The notes below the pieces were generated by a model that was not told the origin of the DNA, did not search any database, and saw only the letters and a list, made by a program, of their open reading frames with translations. Shown one piece after another: positions 10,467-22,800 of a DNA stretch of 64,000 nt. Position 1 is the first letter of the stretch, and every line of letters starts with the position of its first letter. A program made the position numbers and the translations under genes. Origin of the DNA: Dipteris shenzhenensis (lineage: Eukaryota); the NCBI GenBank assembly GCA_047967505.1, contig CM106538.1; one strand, 5' to 3'.

Positions 10467-13084
10467 TGATGGGATATCTCAAGGTGTATGCCTCGGGCAC
10501 ACCTTGGTTTCTATGTGTGAGTGCTAGAGGCACAGTTAGGTGCCCACAAGCACAGTTAGGTGGTGGAAAGCCACATAGGATGATTGAGAGAATCTAGGAG
10601 CAGATTGAGGAGATGATTGTAGAGCTCTGAAGTCATCAGTGATGTCAGTGAGCATGTATGAGGTGCCTACTTAAGGACCTCACTCTTCTTCATTCCATAA
10701 TGCAAGTATGTCCACTCTACTCTTTCTTTTTAGTTCACCAACATAATATCAGAGCCATTTGATCCCCCTTGATCCATTTCTGCCACATCATCATCTTCTT
10801 TTCCATCTTCTTCTTCACCATCTCTTCCTCTTCTTCCCAAAGTTTGCTTAAGCCTGGTCTCCTTCGGTTCTCAACCATTTTCCACGCCCTTCCTACTGGA
10901 GATCCACCTCAAAGGGGTGAACCCCTGGCTAAAAGGAATTGACAAAACTCGAACTCGTTTCGTCGCCATTGCACACAGATCATCGACCTTTGCTCCTACG
11001 TTTTCTCTTGGCATACTCCATACTTCTCTAATTCCTTTCAGGGGGAGGTAGTCCATACCTAGAGCTATCTTGTGCTGAAATCTGAGCAGTAATGGCTACA
11101 TATTCAAGGTAAAAACAAAGAAAAACCAGTCGTTTTTGAAGACGCTCCAGCCAGCAAAGTCACATGAAATCTCCTCAGACCTCTGCACCAGAAGTTCACC
11201 TTTATGTGAGCTTTCTTTTGCTTTAGAAAGCCCCTTTTTCTTTGCTCTGAAGAATGAGATACAAGCCCTCCAAGTTCAATCTTTTGGTTTTGACAGTTTT
11301 GACAAGTTTTTGAAGATGATGCTACATAAGATGCTATTCTAGCATTTTTGGTTTTTTGAAACTCTCAATAACATCAGTACAAGTGTGGCTTCAGTTGTGC
11401 TTTGAATTGCTATACCTGGTTTTGATTGGAAAGTTTTCATTTTAAGCCACCTCTATGAAGCATGTAAGAAAAAGCATCATTCTTTGAATATTGGTCACTA
11501 GTCTTTGCTACATCAAGTGCTTATATTTGGAAGCCTTTCAGTTGTTTTTAGCCTTGTAAGAGAGAAATACACTGCCCAATATCTGGGTTAGACCCTCTCA
11601 TGGCTACCCTATTGAATATAGATAAGTTCAATGGAAAGGGATTCCACACATGGCAAATGAAGGTGAAATTTGCATTGATGAGGGAAAACCTCTGGGGACT
11701 TGTCAAACCGACTTCAACTGCTTCTTCTACAGCCTCCAATGCTAGAGAAACCTCAACTCCAACACACCCGGCAAGGGATCCCACTAGAGAGGAGAAAGCA
11801 TATGGTATCATTGCTCTTGCTTTAGGAGATGATTATATTCATCATATCTCTGACTTAGAGTCTCCTTCAAAAGCTTGGCAGAAGCTTGACATGATTTTTG
11901 GTGCTAGCTCTCACATCTCTAAATTATCACTTAAAATCTCTTTCTTTGAATTGAAGATGGTTAGTGGCACTACTTTGGCAGCTCATGTCAACTACATGCG
12001 GAGTCTTATGACTCAACTAGCTTCTATCAACTCTCCTATTACTCCAGATGATGCTATGGCAGTGTTACTTAAGAGTATGCCTAAAGATTATGATCATATA
12101 GTTACCACTTTGAAAAATCTTCCTAATCCTAATCTTGAAGGTATTATCTCTACTCTCCAAGAAGAAGAAAGGCATATGGAGCTCAAGAAAGGCAATGACA
12201 CTGTTTATGCTATAAAAATCCAGAAGGGCAAGTTTACCCCTTGCAATCACTGTGGAAAGACAAATCACCTTTCAAAGGACTGCTTCAAAATCAATCCATG
12301 CAAAAACTGTGGCAAAAACAACCATCATGAGAAGTTTTGCAGAGCCAAAGCAAAGACAAAAAATGCAAATCTACTTTCAGTTGATGAGCCTCCACAAGAT
12401 GAGGCATCCTTTGAAGATTATGCATTTTAAATCATCTCTATGTATGCTCCAGATCTCTCTCAGATCTCTCTTTTGATATTAAGGTACTCAGCCTGGTGGA
12501 TAGTCCTCCAAAATGAATGAAATAAATTATTGTATTTTGTGTGTTTTGTAAACACCTCTGGTCACCCTATGATGTAGGCCATGTGTATGTTTTGCTCCAT
12601 GGTACCTCCTGCGGACATTGTGTGCATGTACATGCAGGGGAGATAACCATTGGAAGGTCTTTTTATATCCCTTTTGTTTACCTTACACCCATGGGAACCC
12701 TTGCTAGCTTGAGATCCTAGCCATTGATAGATCCATGACCACCATGAGATGGCATGAGACACCTTGTGCTAGCTGTATCCTTGACATAGCCTGAGGCATT
12801 CCCTTGAGGGGGGGTTTGATGGGATATCTCAAGGTGTATGCCTCAGGCACACCTTGGTTTCTATGTGTGAGTGCTAGAGGCACAGTTAGGTGGTGGAAAG
12901 CCACATAGGATGATTGAGAGAATCTAGGAGCAGATTGAGGAGATGATTGTGGAGCTCTGAAGTCATCAGTGATGTCAGTGAGCATGTATGAGGTGCCTAC
13001 TCAAGGATCTCACTCTTCTTCATTCGATAATGCAAGTATTCTAAGTTTGTGTCCACTCTACTCTTTCTTTTCAATTCACCAAAA
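10467..13084 (+). mobile_element. Non-autonomous gag-only LTR retrotransposon (TR-GAG-like), 2.6 kb; LTRs 10467-10743 and 12817-13084; TSD GGGGT
   Basis: Direct repeats start TGATGGGATATCTC. Degenerate Met-tRNA PBS (TAATATCAGAGCC, 10744), PPT GAGGGGGGGTT before 12817, and GGGGT at 10462-10466 and 13085-13089. No pol sequence inside. Confidence 0.9.
11600..12430 (+). CDS. gag: Copia-type Gag protein with two CCHC zinc knuckles (276 aa, intact)
   Basis: IDKFNGKGFHTWQMKVKFAL N-terminus and a UBN2-like core (AWQKLD, VLLKSMPKDYD, LQEEER). Knuckles are CNHCGKTNHLSKDC and CKNCGKNNHHEKFC. Confidence 0.88.
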   Translation: MATLLNIDKFNGKGFHTWQMKVKFALMRENLWGLVKPTSTASSTASNARETSTPTHPARDPTREEKAYGIIALALGDDYIHHISDLESPSKAWQKLDMIFGASSHISKLSLKISFFELKMVSGTTLAAHVNYMRSLMTQLASINSPITPDDAMAVLLKSMPKDYDHIVTTLKNLPNPNLEGIISTLQEEERHMELKKGNDTVYAIKIQKGKFTPCNHCGKTNHLSKDCFKINPCKNCGKNNHHEKFCRAKAKTKNANLLSVDEPPQDEASFEDYAF

Positions 13085-13742
13085 GGGGTTTATGGTTGAG
13101 AAAGAGTTTCAAGGTTCATAAGGAGTTACAAGGCTTAAAAGGGGTTCTTGAGATTTTGCCTCCATTGTAGAAATGTAGGCTTTTGCCTCCAATGGGGTTT
13201 AAGGTAGAGAAAGAGTTTTAGGGTCCAAAAGGAGGCTTAAGGTTCAGAAGCAGTTATAGGTCTTTGAAGGGGTTCTTGGGATCAGAAGGAGGTTCAAGGT
13301 TAGAAGGGGGATCAATGGTTTAGAATAGAGTACCTGGTGGAGAACTCATCTCCCTCATAGATCATGGAGGTCAAGGGTTTACTAATCGGTAAGGGTTTAG
13401 GGCTTAGAATTGGGAGATAAAGAAGGTGTAAGAGCATTGCTGGCTCTTTCCCACAGCTTTCACAGAAAGACCAGGGTATTCTAGGTACGTAGGGTTCCAA
13501 GGCTTTTTGTCACCTACAGATATATTGATATCATTATTTGTAGTATAATTGTAGGTATAATTGTAGCTTAGGACCTCCGGTTGTATTGCAGTGAGAGATG
13601 CAGGCTTAAGTGTGGTAAGCAAACATCGTGCATGTTTGTATGAAAGGAATGTGCATCATCATGGTCAAGGTAATGACCCGATACTGAAGGCTTTTGCCTC
13701 CATTGTGATTTGAAATATTCAGAAAGGTTTAAGGGTTAGAGG

Positions 13743-16700
13743 TGTTAGATATCAATGCTCCACTCTCGTGTAGCTATGTGGAAACCAGCTAATTCTACTT
13801 GTAAGCCCCCCATATGAGGAGAAGGCATTTGAGTAGCTCGGTTATCCCGTAGGTCCTAGTTTGGACACCAGATGGGTGCCATGTGTGGCCTGATGGCTAG
13901 ACGGCTTTAGATAGAGTTGGCACATCGCCAACTAGGCTACATGCAAGTGCAAGAAGGCATCCCTTGACTAACCGCATTGAGGGTAGATGGAGCATTTCCC
14001 GGGGCAGCCCACTCTCGCGTTGCGGGGTTCGTTTGGAGCCTCAGATGATCCCGAATGGCTCTGGGTTGAACAGAGACAATAGGTTAGTTGCTCTATTTTG
14101 TGCACTGGTTCTATCGTATGGTCGGTGGCCTATTTCGGGACCGAGATCGTTTTGGGCAGACTGGGTCAGTCACCCAATTGAGCCTAATCGACTACGACTG
14201 GTGGCTATATGAGAGCAAGCCCATGAAGCCCATTTCATCACTAGCTACAGCAACCCTGATTCCTTAGCATCCAGCCTCCATCTTCTACTATTTCCAGCAT
14301 GCCATCGAAGCTTCTTTCATAGGAGTGCACGGTTGGGAGGCAGCGCCATCTATTGTATCAGTTCTACAGTAATCAAATTTTTGATTCTCCATACTATCTT
14401 GTTTTCTTTCTTGCATATGAGATCATGTTATCTGTTGAGCACTGACATTGTATTATTTTCTTACATGGTATCAGAGCCTGGACTCTAGCAAGAAGATTTG
14501 GTAGTGTGTTTCTGTTTGTGAGCAGATTGTGAGAGATGGCCCAGCCCGCAAGATTGCGAATCCCACCGTTTGGCGAAAGCGAAAAGTTGGATGGCTCTAA
14601 CTATCCACTCTGGAAGTTCAAGATGAAGACCATCCTAAGTGCATATGAGCTTTAAGACACTGCTACTGGGGTGGACATGAGGCCAGTTGCGAGGCCAGAT
14701 CTAGCCAATGCTCGACAACAGATAGTACCAACTGCAGATGAGATTCTTGCATGGACAAGAAGAAATGCAGATGTGTTGTGTTCTATAGTCTGCAGTGTTA
14801 GTGATTCCATCATGGCGTTAATTCAACATGTCACCACAGCGGAGGAGGCATGGACAGTCTTGAAAAATCAGTACGAGACCACAAATCAAATGCGAATTCA
14901 AAATATGGAGACTCAAATCATTTACGAGAAGTTGTTTGAGTCGGAAGCAGCAGAGTTGTTCATCACCAGGGTAAAGAATCTGCGCGATCAGATGACTACG
15001 ATTGGCATCACCATCACCAGTGAGAATCTAGCACGAAGGTGCATACGAATTCTCCCACCAAATTACGACGGTCTTATTATATATGGCTCCATAATGAAGA
15101 ACAACGCTTGGGACCTTGTGGATCGACCACCAAAATGCAAGGTAATCGGAACCAAGTGGGTGTACAAGACCAAGTACAAGTCCGACGGCATGTTGGATAA
15201 GTACAAGGCTCGGCTCATGGCAAAAGGATTTGCACAGGTACATGGTTTTGATTATCAAGATACTTTTGCTCCCACAACTCGACTAACCACAATTCGCAGT
15301 GTTTTGGCTTTAGCTGCCCAGGGAAGTTGGCCCGCATTTCAGATGGATGTGAAATCCGCCTTTCTGAATGGAGATCTCAAGGAGGAGGTATATGTGGAAC
15401 AACCACTAGGTTTTGAGATCCCCGGTTCAAAAGGTAAAGTCTACAAACTAAAGAAGGCACTTTACGAGCTGAAACAGGCCCCACGAGCATGGTACCAGCG
15501 AATTGATGCCTACTTTCTACAAAATGGGTTTAGGAGGAGCCCATTTGATGCAAATTTGTATATCTTCAGAGAAGGAGGCAAGTGTATGATCGTGGTCCTT
15601 TATGTGGACAACCTTGTCATAACAGGGGACCATGAAGAGAAGATCTCACAAACGAAGCATTTGCTAGGAAGAGAGTTTGAAATGACAGACCTCAGACTAA
15701 TGCATTTCTGTTTGGGGATTGAAGTTTGGCAGGAGCCAAAACAGATCTTCATTTCACAGCTGAAGTATGCTGGAGAGATATTGAAGGCATTTGGCATGGC
15801 TAAGTGCAAGACAATTGGTACCCCTATGGAGGTTGATGCGAAGCTCTCAAACGAGGATTCATCACCACTGGTGGATGAAGCGAAGTACAAAAGGCTTGTG
15901 GGCAGCTTGATTTACCTGTACAACACATGGCCAGACATCAATTTTGCAACTGGTGTACTAAGCAGGTTTTCCAATATGCCCCGGAAGAACCATTGGAGGG
16001 CAGGGATGTGGGTGCTAAAATACATCAAAGGCACACTTGATTATGGCATCACCTATACCAAGGGCAACATCTTGACCGAATTTTGTGACTCGGATTGGGC
16101 AGGAGATGTGGACAGTAGGAGATCAGTGACAAGGTACTGTTTCTCACTTGGATCTGGAGTTGTGTCATGGGTCAGCAAGAAGCAACCCACAGTTTCTCTT
16201 TCTTCTACCGAGGCTGAGTACAAATTTGCATGCTTTGCTTCTTGTGAGGCAGTGTGGTTGAGGAGGATTTTGGGGGACATGGGTGAAGTGCAGAACAAGC
16301 CTACGTAGTTATCATGTGACAATCAGAGTTGCATGGTGATTGCAAAGAACCCGGTGTTCCACGCTCGCACAAAACACATTGAGATTCAATATCACTTTGT
16401 ACGTGAGCTCATCATGGATGGAGAGGTCGACTTGGTGTACTGTTCGACTACAGAGAATGCTGTGGACATCTTCACGAAGGCTCTTGGAAGAGACTTGCTG
16501 GAGAGGCATCTTCATCGACTTGGCATTGGGCTGAAAAAGTAAGTTCACTTGCGGGTGGACATTGAGGGGGGTTGTTAGATATCAATGCTCCACTCTCGTG
16601 TAACTATGCAAGAACCAACTAGCTCTACTTGTAAGCCCCCCACATGAGGAGAAGGTATTTGAGTAGCTCAGTTATCCGGTAGGTTTGGACACCAGATGGG

Positions 16701-17298
16701 GGCCATGTGTGGCCTGATGGCTGGATGGCTTCAGATAGAATTGGCACATCACCAACTAGGCTACATGCCAGTGCAGGAAGGCATCCCTTGACTGACCGCA
16801 CTAAGGCTAGATGGAGCATTTCCCGAGGCAGCCCACTCTTGGGTTGTGAGGCCCGTTTGGAGCCTCAGATGATCCCGGATGGCTCTGGGCTGAACAGAGA
16901 CCATAGGTTAGTTGCTCTATTTTGTGCACCGGTTCTATCATATGGTCGGTGGCCTATTTTGGGACCGACCCCCAGTTGACCGTTTTGGGCGGACTGGGTC
17001 GGTCACCCAATTGAGCCTAAGCGACTATGACTGGTGGCTATATAAGAGTAAGCCCGTGAAGCCCATTTCATCACTGGCTATAGAAACCCTGATTCCTTAG
17101 CATCTAGCCTCTGTCTTCTACTATTTCCAGCATGCCATCGAAGCTTCTTTCACAGGAGCGCACGGTTGGGAGGCAACGCCATCTATTGTATCAGTTCTAT
17201 AGTAATCAAATTTTTGATTCTCCATACTATCTTGTTTTCTCTCTTGCATATGAGATCTTGTTATCTGTTGAGCACAGACGTTGTATTGTTTTCTTACA
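13743..17298 (+). mobile_element. Internally deleted Ty1/copia element (family D), 3.56 kb; LTRs 13743-14465 and 16573-17298; TSD AGAGG
   Basis: ~725-bp TG...CA direct repeats, PBS TGGTATCAGAGC at 14466, PPT GAGGGGGGT before 16573, and AGAGG at 13738-13742 and 17299-17303. Confidence 0.95.
14536..16542 (+). pseudogene. gag fused in frame to RT-RNaseH (zinc knuckle, protease and integrase missing); stops at ~14652 and 16306
   Basis: ATG 14536 gives MAQPARLRIPPFGESEKLDGSNYPLWKFKM. The gag core ends LPPNYDGLI and runs directly into YGSIMKNNAWDLVDRPP...YKARLMAKG...LYVDNL...DSDWAGD...HARTKHIEIQYHFVRE. Confidence 0.88.
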
Positions 17299-17769
17299 AG
17301 AGGGAGGTTCAAGGTTCAGAAGGGCTTCAAGTTTTAGAAGAGGTTCTAGGGTTCAAAAGATGTTCCAGTGTTTAGAAGGGGTTTCAAAATTAGGAGGAGG
17401 ATCCAAGGGTCAGAGTAGAGAACATGAAGGAGAACTCATCTCCCTCATAGATCATGGAGATCAAGGGTTGAGAAACTAAGGTGGGAGAGGAAGAAGGTGT
17501 AAGAGCATGGGGGTGGGGGAGAGAGAGGAGAAGGGAGGAAGAGAGGGAGACGAGGAGGTGCAAGGAGGGTGTAAGGTTGGAGGAGAGGGAGAGAAGGAGT
17601 TGCATGGTTGGAGGAGAGGGGAGTAGGAGGCAAGGTTAGGACATGCTTTTGGATGTGGAGTGCAAGGGAGCATGGAAACTTGGAGAAAATTTCATGGAGC
17701 ACCAAAGTAGAACTCCACACAATGCCCCAACGAGTGTGGGCTTCATTCCTTTATGGTGGAGAGCTTCTC

Positions 17770-17960
17770 TCTCTGCATGTAGGAATTGTAAGACTTTCTC
17801 TCTCTACATGTAGAACTTGCATCTAGGATGCACATATAGAAGTTGCATGTAGGACTTGCATGTTGCATGTAGAAGTTGCATGTAGGAACTACATCTAGGA
17901 CTTGCATGTAAAACTTGCATGTAGGAATCGTATGTAGAGCTTGCATGTAGAACATGCATG
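17770..17960. repeat. Short degenerate tandem repeat (TTGCATGTAGRA-like, ~10 copies)
   Basis: Repeated CTTGCATGTAG(G/A)A units are visible. Confidence 0.8.
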
Positions 17961-18552
17961 TTGTATTCCTAAGAGAGATTATTCCTAGACTTATGCAAGT
18001 ACAAGCGGAGCTTTGTCACTACTCTACACACACATTCTGTGCTACTTAAGTCCATGTTGACACAGAATCAACATACCCCTGGATCCATTTTATTACCCAT
18101 CCTCATATTATGGCCTAGTGTGATTATGGAGTTGGGATGCCATCTGTGTAACCCAGTGGCTATGGAACCTATGGCATGCTAGTTGATCATGTTGTAATGT
18201 CTTCATGCCATACAATGTCTTGTCTATTGTCAAAAGGCTTATTTCCACTTGAGAAGAGGTAGGCAAATGTGAATTTGGAGGGGATCTCATTCTTGAGGTT
18301 GTGGACTCCATCGATAAATCTTCTTGAGAAGAGGTTTGGCGGTTTCTCATTGCTGAGGCTATTGAGCCTTTTTTATCTTTGGCATTTCTTGCTATCCTAC
18401 ATTCATCTTGGATGGTATTGCAAATGGATCATTGAACTTGTAGATATTTTGTATGCAGGTGTGATATTTGTGCATGATGCAGACTCTTTCATCGAATCAT
18501 CTTGAAATTTGGCATAGCTTCTTGTCTTGCTTGTGAATTCATTGCATGCTTT

Positions 18553-18812
18553 GAGAGTGTGGAATGAAAGTGTGATACTATTTTTGATACTTTAAGAGTG
18601 TGGAATGAAAGTGTGTGATACTATTTTTTATGCAGTCTACCATGTGTCTATGCAAAAGCGTGAGTGTGGAATGAAAGTGTGTGATACTATTTTTGATGCA
18701 ATCTACTATGTGTCTATGCAAAAGCATGTGAGTGCACGTGAGTGTGGAATGAAATGTGTGATACTATTTTTGATGCAATATGTGTCTATGCGAAAGTGTG
18801 TGAGTGCACGTG
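18553..18812. repeat. Four degenerate copies of GAGTGTGGAATGAAAGTGTGTGATACTATTTTT...
   Basis: Units at ~18554, 18596, 18662 and 18740. Confidence 0.85.
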
Positions 18813-18973
18813 ACCTAATGACTAGGTATAGACTAACTATATACTTTTTCTTGTTGGGATTTCATAGGGTAGGAAGGACTCAATCATCGCTTCTAAGCCC
18901 TAGGTTTAGGTCTACCTATATGTGAAAAAATGTACATATGCCAATGAGTGCATGTGTAAAAAACTAGTGCAAA

Positions 18974-19813
18974 CTATGTGTGCAAAAATGTGTATATGCC
19001 AATGAGTGCTTGTGACACAATAGGGACACAATTTAAAGCTAAATATGGAAGATTTGAGGCTCCCAAATCTTCAGTATTATAGTGGATGGCTTGTATGTTG
19101 ATGTAGTAGCACTTCAATTGGCTCCCATTTATTATTGTGGTCAATTGGACTCCATCCATTGTTTCCAGTAGCACAACTCCAATTGGATTCATCCTTTTGA
19201 CTCTATAAGGTCCTTGATCTAGAGATTTCAATTTTCTCTTGTGGACTTTGGCATTGTAGAGCAGAACTAGGTCACCTTACTTGATCTCTTTATCTTTAAG
19301 GTTTCTATTAAACCATGCCTTCCTTCTTAATTTTTCTACTATCATGGCAAGGTAGGAGGTCCCTAACCTTGTCTCTATATGCTTTTCTAACTGATAGAGT
19401 CTTTCTTTGAGGGACTCATGGTTACCCATACGTTCTCCACTGCTTCAAGGCCATACACCAATTGAAAGGGTGTAAATCCTGTATTGACCTTTAATGTGGT
19501 TCAATATGTCCATAAGGTTGCATTTAGCTTTTCTACCTAGTCAGATCTCTTGGGCTCCACTATTTTGGTGAGGACAATGCATATTATCTTGTTAATGGAC
19601 TCTACTTGTCCATTACCTTGGGGATAGTAAGGTGTGATTTTTCTATGGATCACCATAACGCCAGACAAAAGTTCTTGGATTACATCATTGATGAAATGTG
19701 TGCCTCTATCTGACACAATTTAAATGGGGCATCCAAATTGTGTAAGAACGTTTTCATACAAAAACTTTGATGTGCTTCTAGCATCTTCTTTTCTTACTAC
19801 TTTAGCTTCAACC
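18974..19813 (-). pseudogene. Decayed Ty3/gypsy integrase (core and C-terminus); host of copia insertions
   Basis: VEAK...FLYENVLTQFGCP..IVSDRGTHFIN...TPYYPQGNGQVE...TGFTPFQLVYG...GPYRV, with stops. It continues at 25371-25602. Confidence 0.85.
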
Positions 19814-22800
19814 TGTGAAGATAGTGGGAGAGAGGGAAGGAGTCTCACTTGAGGCTTTCTCACAAGCACAATGGGGGAATACACACAAAGGTGGAGGTTG
19901 AAAACAGTTTTTCTCTTCTTAGTTGTGAAAGCCAAAAAAAACTCTAGTACAAAGAAATAGAAGAACCCTACATGTGGGTCTCAAACCAAACTCAACTAAC
20001 TAAGGTGGCATACTAACTGAGCCATGAACTAGTGTAGATAAGGATAGCTGTCATCCAGCTATTATTCGTGGGCGGTGTACCAACCGCATCTGTAGCTAAC
20101 AAGTCGGTGACATAAATGCACAACGGTCACCTTGGCACATTTGCGAGTGGAGCTCGATATCTCAACACTCCCCCTCGAGCTCAATCCCAATTCTTGCACA
20201 CCAAATAGGTCTTTGAACTTGCGTAGCTTCTCTGCGCCCAATGCCTTCGTGAATATGTCAGCTACCTGATCCTCTATGCTGACATAAACTAGATCAATAA
20301 GACCTAGTAAAACCTTCTCCCACACATAGTGATAATGCACCTCAATGTGCTTTGTTCTAGCATGATAGACTGGGTTATTTGCCAAGTGTATACTGCTCAT
20401 GTTGTCACAATAAATGACAACTGGCCCATCTGTAGACTGATGCATATCATAGAGTAGCTTATGCAACCAAGCTACCTCACATGCAGCCATTGCTGCACCC
20501 CTGTACTCAGCCTCTGTGCTCGACAAGGCAACTGTAGGCTGTTTCTTGCTGCTCCAAGTGACTGCAACACTCCCAAAAGAGAACGCATATCCACTGGTAG
20601 ATCGTCTATCAAAAATACTACCAGCCCAATCAGCATCAGTGTATCCATGCAACTGTATTTGAACCCCAGCCTCATAGAATAGTCCATACTGCAATGTGGA
20701 CTTCACATACCTGAGTATGCGTCTAGCCGCATCCAAATGTGGTTTCCTTCGAGCCTGCATAAACTGACTTACCAACCCAACAGCATAGCTCAAATCTAGC
20801 CTGGTAATAGTCATGTAAATCAAACTTCCTACTATATGCGTCTGTACATAGTAGGGTCTTCCAGAAGCTCACCTGCATCTGTGCTCAGCTTCACATTCTG
20901 CTGGACCAAAGAAATTGAAATAGGCTTACAGCTTGTCATCCCATATTTGGATAGAATGTCCAGTCCATACTGCCTCTGCAAGAGCTGTATCCCACTTGGT
21001 GATCTAATCACCTCAATGCCCAAGAAATAACGCAGCTCTCCCAAATCCTTCATCTCAAACTTCTGCCTCAATAGCATTTTCACATGAAGGATATCTTCAT
21101 CACTATTACCTGTGATGATCAAATCATCAACATAAATGACAAGCAGCATAATCCCTTTCTCTGTTTTTCTCACATAGAGTGAGAAATCTGCCTTGGAAAT
21201 CTGAAAGCCAATAGTGACAATATACTGTCCTATCTTGTCAGACCATGTTCTAGGTGCTTGCTTCAAGCCATACAAGGCTTTCTTCAACCTACAAACAAAC
21301 TCAGGATGAATAGCATGAACATAACCTGCTGGCTGCTCCATAAAGACCTCTTCTTGCAAATGCATGCAAGAAGTCATTCTTTACATCCATCTGATGTAAA
21401 GACCATCCCTTTGATGCAACCATAGCAATGGCTGCTCTTACGGTTGCCATCCTTGCAACCGGGCTGAAAGTTTCTTCATAATCAATGCCATATGTCTGTG
21501 CATACCCCTTGACAACTAATCTTGCCTTCTATCTATTCACAGAACCATCTGCATTGTGCTTGATCTTATAAACCCACTTACAGCCAATTGCATTCTTATC
21601 TTTAGGCAAAGGCACCAATTCCCATGTAGCATTTGCATCCAAGGCATCCATTTCTTCATCCATGGCTTTCTCCCATTTTTCATTTCCCATGGCTTGCTCA
21701 AAAGAAGTGGGTTTTGGTTCTTGTATCACTTTGACCATATAGGCATAGTGAATGGCTGTAAATCCATCATATTTCAGCATATCCACAGGATACCTAACCC
21801 TGGTAGACTTGTGCAAAATAGGCTCACTTCCAGGTGCTCTCAAAACATCCCTGGTCTTCCTTACTCCAGGTGTAACAATAGAAGGAATACCCAACTCATC
21901 ATCAATGCTCTGCTCTGAGCCACTGGATTCACCATCCACATAAGAGTGACCTGCATTCACATCAAACATGGGCTGATCTACCTTCTCTTTTCCTTTTCGT
22001 GATACCTGCGTATCACTATCTGCATTGCTTTGAGGAGATTCTCCTGATCTGAATCTACCTGTCCATGGCGAAGTATGTGAACCACTGCTAGAGGACACTG
22101 CACGTCCACTGATATTTTGTGATTGCTACTGTGAATTTTGTGCAGCATTACCATTTTGTGCATCTACATCAATCATCACATTTACTGGTTTATACCAGCT
22201 GCTCATCTCATCAAAAACAACATCTCTGCTCACTGTGAACTTACGTATAGAAGGGTTATAGCATCTATACCCTTTCTGCTGCAGAGAATAACCAATAAAG
22301 ATGCACTTCTCAGCCTTTGGATCCAACTTGGACCTCAACTCATCTGGCACATGAACATAGGCAATGCAACCAAAAATTTTCAAATGAGAAATGTTTGGTT
22401 TCCTACCAGTATACATCTTCTCTGGCGTCATGCCATGTATTGCTGCAGTGGGAGTCCTGTTCATTATATAAACTGCTGTAGCAACTGCTTCAGCCCAATA
22501 ATAATCCCAATAATAATCTGGTAGATCTTTTTCATTTAGCATGGCCCGAGATACCTCTCCAATATGCCTGTTTTTCCTTTCTGCAATTCCATTTTGCTGT
22601 GGGATATGACTGCATGAATATTGCTGCTTTATGCCATGCTCCTGCAGGAACCTTGTAAACTCATTTGAGAGGTACTCTCCCCCTCCATCTGACCTTAGGC
22701 ATTTTATTTGCAGGCCTATTTCTTTTTCAACCATAGCTTTAAAAGCTTTGAAGTGCCCAAACACTTCACTTTTCTTTTTCATAAAATAGACCCAAAGTTT

